Shown in pieces: positions 57,713 to 64,000 of a stretch of DNA of 64,000 nt. The position numbers were made by a program, and so were the translations under genes. Numbering within the stretch: position 1 is the first letter of the stretch; each line of letters opens with the position of its first letter. The notes under the pieces are model-generated. The model had not been told where the DNA came from. It worked only from the letters and a program-made list of their open reading frames with translations, and ran no database searches. The DNA comes from an uncultured Bacteroidota bacterium (GTDB lineage Bacteria > Bacteroidota > Bacteroidia > Bacteroidales > WCHB1-69), in the NCBI GenBank assembly GCA_902796805.1, contig CADBQG010000003.1, positions 20,131 to 84,130 of the forward strand, given 5' to 3'.

Positions 57713-60076
57713 TTAGTTTGGGATTATAAGTTTGGCGAATTTTAGCACGAGGGTCTTTGTGCCCACGGTGTCGAATCTCACCACCGCGCGGGCGTCAAGG
57801 TCTGTGCCCGACAAGGAGTCGACATTGCCGAAGCCGAACTTGGAATGGTACACCCTGATTCCCGGCCTGATGTCGCCGAGGGCTGCCGGGGTGCCTATCT
57901 GTTCGAGCTTAACATCCTCCTTGGTCTTGATGTTCGGTTTGTTGCCTGCTGTTTGCTGTCTTCTTTCGGGAACGTTGCGCTCCCATGGCCTTCTGTTTTC
58001 CGACGTCTCAAACCTGAAGCCTGAGCCGGGTCTCGAAAATCCGCCTCTTCCTTCGGAAGCCTTTGACGTAACCTTGAGGTATTTCTCAGGAATCTCGTCG
58101 AGGAACCTGCTGGGCTCGCAGATTCTGAACTGCCCGAACTGGAAGCGTGAGGTGGCCATTGTCAGGTATATCTCCTTGCGGGCCCTTGTTATCGCCACGT
58201 AAAACAGACGGCGCTCCTCCTCAATGCTCTGCCTCGATTCGAGCGACATCGACGAGGGAAAGAGGTTTTCCTCCATTCCCGTAACAAACACGTAGTCGAA
58301 TTCCAGACCTTTTGCCGAATGTATAGTCATCAGGCGTACAACGTTGGCGTCGGAGTCGTCCTTCGCTTTTCCGCTGAGGTTTGTCTCCTCAAGAAGCGAT
58401 ACCGACTGCATGTATTGGTCGAGGGATGGGAAGTAGTCCTCGATTATCTCTCCTGTGGACTCGTTGATGAGGTTTTCAGGCTCCGCCTCGGTGAACAGTT
58501 TCATAGAGTTGAGAAGTTCGTTGACGTTGTCGAGGCGCTCCTTGTCCTCGGGGCTTTCGTTGAGGGCCTTTGCCACGCCCGACTTTGCCACGATGTGCAT
58601 TCCGAGGTCGTAGGCGTCGTTGGTGGTAAGCTGTGCTGAAAATCCCTGGATCATCGCGGCGAAGTCTTTCAGTTTGCCGGCAATCCCTGCGTTCAGTTCG
58701 GGGCAATAATGTTCAGGTTGCGCGACGGCTTCCCAAAGGGGGACATGCGCGCTTGTGGCGGCTGTGAGAAGGCGGGCCACAGTAACGTCGCCTATCCCCC
58801 TCATCGGGAAGTTTATGACGCGTTTCAGCGACTCCTCGTCGTAGTGGTTTATCGTTACCCTGAAGTAGGCGAGCACGGTCTTGATTTCCTTTCTGTTGTA
58901 GAACGACACGTTACCGTAGATTTTGTACGGTATGTTGCGCTTCACAAGCGCTTCCTCAATGGCACGCGATTGTGTGTTCGTCCTGTAGAGAATCGCGAAC
59001 TGGTCGTTGCGCACATGCTTGTTCATGCGTGTTTCGAAAATTTTTTCGGCAACGGTCGCCGCTTCGTCGGTGTCCGACGAGGTTTTCATGAGTTCTATCT
59101 TTGCGCCCTCGTCGTTGTCGGTCCACACCTCTTTCGGCATTCTGTCCTTGTTGTGTCTTATCACCGAATTGGCCGCGTTCACGATGTTCTGGGTGGAGCG
59201 GTAGTTCTGCTCAAGCTTGAAGATCCTGGTGCTCGGGTAGTCGCGCTTGAAGCTCAGTATGTTCTGTATGTCGGCACCGCGGAAGCCGTAGATGCTTTGC
59301 GCGTCGTCGCCCACCACGCAGATGTTCTGGTTGAGGGCGGCAAGCTGCTTGATGATGAAATATTGCGCGTGGTTGGTGTCCTGGTACTCGTCGACGAGGA
59401 TGTATGTGAACCTGTTTTGGTATTTGTACAGGGCCTCGGGCGAGTCGCGCAGCAGGACGTTCATGTAGTAGAGCAGGTCGTCGAAGTCCATGGCGTTCGA
59501 CAGTTTGAGGCGTTCGTTGTATGTCTTGAATATCTGGTGTATGAGCGGCCTGTTGGCCATGTTGTCGATCGCGGTTATCTCGCTGTTGTTGGCGTAGTCG
59601 TCGGGGGAGAGCAGGCTCGACTTCGCCGACGAGATGCGGTTTGCTATGAACCTCGCGTCGTACACCTTCGGATCGAGCGACATCTCCTTGACGATCGTTT
59701 TAATAAGAGCCTTGGTGTCGTCTGTGTCGTAGATGGTTATGTTGTTGGAGAAGCCTATTTTCTCGGCCTCCGCCCTGAGTATCTTCAGGAATACGGAGTG
59801 GAAAGTGCCCATGGTCACGGCCTTGGCGTTTTCCACCCCTACGAGGGAAGTTATTCTCTCGCGCATTTCCGCTGCGGCCTTGTTGGTGAATGTGAGCGCC
59901 AATATCCGGTACGGGCTTATGTGCTTGACGGCGAGCATGTAGGCTATGCGGTATGTCAGCACGCGTGTTTTGCCTGAGCCTGCGCCGGCCAGCACCATCA
60001 TCGGGCCTTCTGTCTCAGTTACGGCTATTCTCTGCTGTTCGTTGAGTTCCGACAGTATTTGTTCTTCCTGGTTCAT
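57713..60076 (-). CDS. uvrD: UvrD/PcrA ATP-dependent DNA helicase
   Basis: AGAGSGKT, TFTNKAA, VDEYQD, VGDDAQSIY, QNYRST, MTIHSAKGLEF, EERRLFYVAITRA, C-terminal Tudor-like domain. Confidence 0.95.
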   Translation of the reverse strand: MNQEEQILSELNEQQRIAVTETEGPMMVLAGAGSGKTRVLTYRIAYMLAVKHISPYRILALTFTNKAAAEMRERITSLVGVENAKAVTMGTFHSVFLKILRAEAEKIGFSNNITIYDTDDTKALIKTIVKEMSLDPKVYDARFIANRISSAKSSLLSPDDYANNSEITAIDNMANRPLIHQIFKTYNERLKLSNAMDFDDLLYYMNVLLRDSPEALYKYQNRFTYILVDEYQDTNHAQYFIIKQLAALNQNICVVGDDAQSIYGFRGADIQNILSFKRDYPSTRIFKLEQNYRSTQNIVNAANSVIRHNKDRMPKEVWTDNDEGAKIELMKTSSDTDEAATVAEKIFETRMNKHVRNDQFAILYRTNTQSRAIEEALVKRNIPYKIYGNVSFYNRKEIKTVLAYFRVTINHYDEESLKRVINFPMRGIGDVTVARLLTAATSAHVPLWEAVAQPEHYCPELNAGIAGKLKDFAAMIQGFSAQLTTNDAYDLGMHIVAKSGVAKALNESPEDKERLDNVNELLNSMKLFTEAEPENLINESTGEIIEDYFPSLDQYMQSVSLLEETNLSGKAKDDSDANVVRLMTIHSAKGLEFDYVFVTGMEENLFPSSMSLESRQSIEEERRLFYVAITRARKEIYLTMATSRFQFGQFRICEPSRFLDEIPEKYLKVTSKASEGRGGFSRPGSGFRFETSENRRPWERNVPERRQQTAGNKPNIKTKEDVKLEQIGTPAALGDIRPGIRVYHSKFGFGNVDSLSGTDLDARAVVRFDTVGTKTLVLKFAKLIIPN

Positions 60077-60165
60077 CGTGTGTCTCTAAAGGTAGTTCAA
60101 GATATTAACTAAAAAATTGTTAATAAAAATTATACAAATATTAAAAAAAATAAAGAATATTAAGT

Positions 60166-60173
60166 TATCTTTG
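60166..60173 (+). promoter_or_regulatory. -7 element (TATCTTTG) driving candidate sRNA
   Basis: TAnnTTTG on the + strand, with no plausible + strand protein gene downstream. Confidence 0.65.
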
Positions 60174-60175
60174 CC

Positions 60176-60286
60176 ATGATGAAAGCATAAGAGAGGCGGC
60201 CGGTAAGTCCTACATTACTTGAAATCATAATCTTCCCTCCTTCACACTATTTGGCAATTACTACTGAAACCCGGCCGCCCTTTCTT
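60176..60286 (+). ncRNA. Candidate structured small RNA
   Basis: Promoter immediately upstream. GGCGGCCGG (60195-60203) pairs with CCGGCCGCC (60271-60279), closing a C/U-rich loop, then TTTCTT. Confidence 0.65.
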
Positions 60287-61079
60287 AGTGTTCCTTGATG
60301 AGGATCTCTTCAAGAGCTTGGCGCAGCGTGGAGGATGTGAAGTCCCTTGTCATCACACCGTCCTTGCATATCGATATGTTGCCGGTCTGTTCGGAGACGA
60401 CGACGGCCACCGCGTCGGTGAACTCGGTGGCGCCGAGCGCGGAGCGGTGCCTCAGCCCAACCTCCTGCGGGAGGTCCTTGTTCTTCGACACGGGGAGTAT
60501 GCACCGCGCCGCGGCGATGCGGTGGTCTTTGATGATCACCGCACCGTCGTGCAACGGACTGTTCTTGTAGAAGATGTTCTCCAGCAGGTCGGCCGACGGC
60601 TTGGCGTCAATCTCCTCGCCGGTGTTGAGGAAGTCGTCCAGGGGAGTTTTCCGGGCGAAGACTATGAGCGCGCCGGTGTTGTTCGCCGACATGTGCCGGC
60701 AGGCCTTCTTCACTGCCTCAATCTCGTCAGAATAGGATTTGTCGCCGTTCTGTTTCACAAACCTGTCACTGAAGAAATGCAGGATTCTTCCGTCTCCTAT
60801 GTACAGCAGGAATTTTCTGATTTCGGGCTGGAAAAGGATAATTATGGCCAGAACGCCTACATTTATGAGCTCGTTTGTCAGGTCGGTCAGCATCGTGAAA
60901 TGGAAATATGCAACCACCTTCCAAAGGACGTATATCAGCGCGAGGACCCAGAACAGCTTCACCGCCGCGGTCCCCTTGGTTAGTTTGTAAAGCTCGAACA
61001 GCAGGATGGCCACAATGAGGATGTCGAGGACATCCACGATCCTGAAGTCCACAAAACTGAAGATAGTTGCTATGTCCAT
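60285..61079 (-). CDS. dacA: Diadenylate cyclase (CdaA/DacA)
   Basis: 3 TM, FQPEIR, GALIV, SPLHDGAV, GLRHR, VSE.TG. Confidence 0.94.
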   Translation of the reverse strand: MDIATIFSFVDFRIVDVLDILIVAILLFELYKLTKGTAAVKLFWVLALIYVLWKVVAYFHFTMLTDLTNELINVGVLAIIILFQPEIRKFLLYIGDGRILHFFSDRFVKQNGDKSYSDEIEAVKKACRHMSANNTGALIVFARKTPLDDFLNTGEEIDAKPSADLLENIFYKNSPLHDGAVIIKDHRIAAARCILPVSKNKDLPQEVGLRHRSALGATEFTDAVAVVVSEQTGNISICKDGVMTRDFTSSTLRQALEEILIKEH

Positions 61080-61089
61080 CCGTGCGAAC

Positions 61090-61992
61090 TTAAGCGAGCA
61101 GTGCGGCCAGTGCTATGGAATAGAGTTTTGTCTTCGCGCTGTCGCCACGAGATGAAAGAACGCAGGGCACCTTGGCGCCTTTCAGTATTGCGCCTATCTC
61201 GGCGTGGTTGAACTTCGTGCAGCACTTGTAGAACACGTTTCCGCTCTCGATATTCGGGAACACGAGGCAGTCTGCATCGCCGGCAACGTCGCTTTTCAGC
61301 TTCTTGATTTCGGCGGTCTCTTTGTCTATCGCGATGTCGAGCGACAGCGGCCCGTCTATGTATGCGTCGCTGATCTGGCCTCTGTTGCCCATGGCGGCGA
61401 GAATTGCGGCGTCAACGCAGGCTTGCATTCCCGGCGACACCTGCTCGGTGGCCGCGAGTACGGCTACCTTCGGCTTCTCTATGCCCAAGGCTTTCGCGGT
61501 GTCTATCAGGTAGCGCATGATGGCCTGTTTCTCCTTCAGCTCGGGAGCCGGAATTATGGCCACGTCGCCCACAACTAACAGCTTGTGGTATGCCGGGTTG
61601 TCAATCACCGAAACGTGCGAAAGGGTGGCCTTGGGAGGACAGAGTCCCTTTTCCTTGTTGAGTATCGCGCGCATGTACTTGTCGGTGGGCAGAAGTCCCT
61701 TCATCAGGATGTCGCCCTCGCCGTTGTTGATGAGGTCGCAGCTCCTTGCCGCAGCCTTGGTGTCGACAGTCTCCGCTATGACAGTGAATTTTTTGATGTC
61801 TATTCCGAGTTCCTTGCACACCTTCTCTATCGATTCGGGGTTTCCCACAAGCGTGGCGTCGATAACCCCCATGTCAACAGCGGCATTGACAGCTTCTATG
61901 GTGTGGGCATCGTTGGCGTTTGCTGCTACAAGCCTTTTCTTGGGTTTGGACTTAACCAATTCAACTAATTGATCTAATTTCGTGATTGCCAT
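61090..61992 (-). CDS. ptb: Phosphate butyryltransferase-family acyltransferase
   Basis: LMKG, LSH, DVAIIP.P, DGPLSLD.A, P.IESGN, SRGDS..KL.SIA. TATCTTTG at 62021-62028. Confidence 0.85.
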   Translation of the reverse strand: MAITKLDQLVELVKSKPKKRLVAANANDAHTIEAVNAAVDMGVIDATLVGNPESIEKVCKELGIDIKKFTVIAETVDTKAAARSCDLINNGEGDILMKGLLPTDKYMRAILNKEKGLCPPKATLSHVSVIDNPAYHKLLVVGDVAIIPAPELKEKQAIMRYLIDTAKALGIEKPKVAVLAATEQVSPGMQACVDAAILAAMGNRGQISDAYIDGPLSLDIAIDKETAEIKKLKSDVAGDADCLVFPNIESGNVFYKCCTKFNHAEIGAILKGAKVPCVLSSRGDSAKTKLYSIALAALLA

Positions 61993-62037
61993 AATGTTAT
62001 GTTTTTTCTGTTTCGAACTGCAAAGATACACATTTAT

Positions 62038-62100
62038 TTAGAACTTAGAGCTTGGAGTTTAGAACTTAGAGTTTGGAACTTAGGGGTTATGAGTTAGAAG
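62038..62100. repeat. Degenerate 7-nt tandem array, 9 units (consensus TTAGARN)
   Basis: TTAGAAC TTAGAGC TTGGAGT TTAGAAC TTAGAGT TTGGAAC TTAGGGG TTATGAG TTAGAAG. Confidence 0.92.
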
Positions 62101-62118
62101 TTGTAATGTATGGAAATG

Positions 62119-62150
62119 AAAAAAAAGGGGAGAACGTGGAGTCTCCCCTT
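62119..62150 (-). terminator. Intrinsic terminator after serA
   Basis: AAGGGGAGA/TCTCCCCTT stem with a T8 run on the minus strand. Confidence 0.85.
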
Positions 62151-62174
62151 ATGAAAATGTTTGTGATACAAATC

Positions 62175-63092
62175 TTATTTGTTCACTTGGAATTTCTTGT
62201 CGCCGTTCACGAAGAAGTTCACGATCTGTGTTGCAGCGGCGAGGCCGGCGTTGATGTTGGCTTCTGCGGTTTCAGCACCCTGTTTCTTTGGTGTCGCGAA
62301 GAAGCGTTTTTCGAACTTGCTGAACTCTTCCATTGCATCTGGAGCTATGTCGGTGCAGTACTTGATGTCTTCGCGCTCTGCCATGAGGGCGATGAGTTCC
62401 TCCTCGTTGATGACTTCCTTGCGGGCTGTGTTTATCACGCAGCCGCCTTTCGGCATGAGCGAGACGAGAGCCTTGTTGATTGACTTCTTGGTCTGGTCGT
62501 TGGCAGGAATGTGAAGTGATATGTAGTCGCAGTTCTTGTACATGTCTTCGAGGGTGGCGGGAACGACAACCCCTTCGGCTTCCATTTTCTCTTTCGGCAC
62601 GAACGGGTCGAATGCCCACACTTCCATGCCGAGGGCGCGTGCCTTCTCAGCCACGAGGCGGCCTACGTTGCCGTAAGCCTGGATGCCCACTTTCTTGCCC
62701 TTAAGTTCGGAGCCTGTGCCGGGCTTGAAGGTGTTGCGGGCCATGTAGATCATCATGCCGAGGGCGAGTTCGGCCACGGCGTTCGAGTTCTGACCCGGGG
62801 TGTTCATGGCCACGATGTTGTTGGCCGTGCATGCGGCGAGGTCGAGGTTGTCGAAGCCGGCGCCGGCGCGTACAACCACCTTGAGGTTCTTGGCAGCGTC
62901 GATAACCTGTGCCGTAACTTTGTCGGAACGCACAATCATTGCGTCAACGTCTGCAACTGCTGCGTAAAGCTCCTCAGCGGTTTCATATTTTTCTAACAAG
63001 GCCAACTCGTAACCGGCCTTCTCAACAATGGCGCGGATACCGTCAACTGCGGCCTTTGCGAATGGTTTTTGTGTTGCAACGAGTACTTTCAT
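62175..63092 (-). CDS. serA: D-3-phosphoglycerate dehydrogenase (short Bacteroidales type)
   Basis: VRAGAGFDN, NTPGQNSNAVAE, YGNVG, HIP, INTAR. Downstream of serC. Confidence 0.85.
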   Translation of the reverse strand: MKVLVATQKPFAKAAVDGIRAIVEKAGYELALLEKYETAEELYAAVADVDAMIVRSDKVTAQVIDAAKNLKVVVRAGAGFDNLDLAACTANNIVAMNTPGQNSNAVAELALGMMIYMARNTFKPGTGSELKGKKVGIQAYGNVGRLVAEKARALGMEVWAFDPFVPKEKMEAEGVVVPATLEDMYKNCDYISLHIPANDQTKKSINKALVSLMPKGGCVINTARKEVINEEELIALMAEREDIKYCTDIAPDAMEEFSKFEKRFFATPKKQGAETAEANINAGLAAATQIVNFFVNGDKKFQVNK

Positions 63093-63178
63093 TGTTTATT
63101 AGTTTAATTGTTTATTCGTTTAATTGTTTGTTTAGTTGTTTAGTTGTTTTTTGTGGGATTGTTGGTTGTTGATTGTTG
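63092..63178. repeat. Degenerate 8/7-nt tandem array (TTGTTTAT/TTAGTTGT/TGATTGT)
   Basis: TTGTTTAT TAGTTTAA TTGTTTAT TCGTTTAA TTGTTTGT TTAGTTGT TTAGTTGT ... TGGTTGT TGATTGT. Confidence 0.88.
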
Positions 63179-63547
63179 TAAGCGTTTAAGCTGACTTTTT
63201 TTGAGAGCGTTTATCTTGTTTGTGATTTAGTTGATTTGGTCTTTCATGCTTTGCAGTTGTTCGTCATTTACATACCCAAAATCAAAAGCTAACAAAAACG
63301 AACAATACACTTCAATGGACGAGCCAAATGCTATTTTTGAAAAATGAGCTTGTTCTTTCAAAGAAGAACGTGATGTCATTTCAGCCAAGTTCAATACAAT
63401 AGATGTAGAAGCTCTGCGAATTTGATCTGTTAAATTGTATTTTTCCTTTTGAGGAAAAGAGTCAATTATGGGATAAACACTTTTCAAGAAAGTTCTTGCC
63501 AAATTCCAGACATCCAACTTCTCAAACGAAAATGAATATGACCCCAT
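63140..63547 (-). pseudogene. Four-helix-bundle protein (23S rRNA IVP/Avd-like family) with premature stop
   Basis: FEKLDVW, FP..EKY.L.DQIRRA..SI..NLAE, F..IAFGS..E. A TAA at 63227-63229 interrupts the last helix, and the frame continues ITNKINALKKSQ to a TAA at 63140-63142. Confidence 0.8.
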
Positions 63548-63578
63548 CAATCAAATCAACAAATCAACAATTCAACAA
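63546..63578. repeat. 8-nt tandem array (ATCAACAA), inverted relative to the 63092-63178 array
   Basis: ATCAATCAA ATCAACAA ATCAACAA TTCAACAA fills the whole spacer between the serC stop and the next ATG. Confidence 0.88.
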
Positions 63579-64000
63579 TTATTTGTTCTTCTTCTCAAAC
63601 TCCTGCATGCAAGCCACGAGTGCTTCAACGTCTTCAACGGTGCAGGCGTTGTAGAGGGATGCGCGGAAGCCGCCCACCGAGCGGTGTCCCTTGATTCCTA
63701 CCATGCCGCATTCCTTTGCGTATGCCATGAAAGCGTCTTGCTTGTCCTCGTAGCCCGGAGCCATAACCCAGCAATGGTTCATGATGGAACGGTCTTCCTT
63801 GTTGGCTACTGTACCCACAAACATGCTGTTTCGGTCTATTTCTTCGTAGAGGAGATTAGACTTCTTAACATTGATCTTGTTCATCTCAGCCACGCCACCG
63901 ATAGTGTTTTTGAGCCATAAAAGTGTTTCGTGCATAACGAAGATTGGAAGTACAGGAGGAGTGTTGAACATAGAGATGTTCTTGGCTTCTTCAGCTGCGT
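63579..64000 (-). CDS. serC: Phosphoserine aminotransferase, 3' part (begins beyond window)
   Basis: [30 protein letters not shown]. Confidence 0.95.
   Translation of the reverse strand, partial: AAEEAKNISMFNTPPVLPIFVMHETLLWLKNTIGGVAEMNKINVKKSNLLYEEIDRNSMFVGTVANKEDRSIMNHCWVMAPGYEDKQDAFMAYAKECGMVGIKGHRSVGGFRASLYNACTVEDVEALVACMQEFEKKNK

Noticed and set aside
58709-59977. 422-aa + strand ORF antisense to uvrD
   Set aside because: Shadow ORF caused by the codon bias of the real gene. It has no motifs and an implausible V/L/H-rich composition.
62073-62483. 136-aa + strand ORF starting in the heptamer array
   Set aside because: It crosses a terminator and lies antisense to serA.
62038-63578. Repeat arrays as CRISPR
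   Set aside because: Units are 7-8 nt and contiguous, with no spacers and no cas genes.

Overview
This 64-kb window is a chromosomal segment from a Bacteroidota organism, most likely an uncultured Bacteroidales. The assignment is inferred from TAnnTTTG promoter motifs, T9SS C-terminal domains, FISUMP-type proteins and the AT-rich, SD-free start regions. Most of it is housekeeping: bamA plus 3 skp/ompH, folP, tilS, sufS/sufE/sufT/mrp, ribD, ftcd, manC, pgk, thyA, S9 peptidase, lptF/G, greA, HIT, mlaEF, dnaG, gmhA, mltD, murB, yggS, uvrD/pcrA, dacA, ptb, serA, serC, and two tRNA-Arg genes. I found no integrase, transposase, reverse transcriptase, CRISPR array or rRNA. Four things deserve follow-up. 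(1) A self-contained ~10-kb operon of a SusD-less TonB-dependent receptor, a 1569-aa T9SS-type cargo protein and a dedicated PorV-like barrel (25.6-35.4 kb). (2) An AT-rich four-helix-bundle gene with a premature stop, inserted between serC and serA, whose two spacers are inversely oriented 8-nt repeat arrays, plus a solo 7-nt array nearby. (3) An unannotated promoter-driven structured small RNA with a 4-codon leader ORF between uvrD and dacA. (4) A decaying two-gene FISUMP module. All product calls come from motif recognition, not from database searches.
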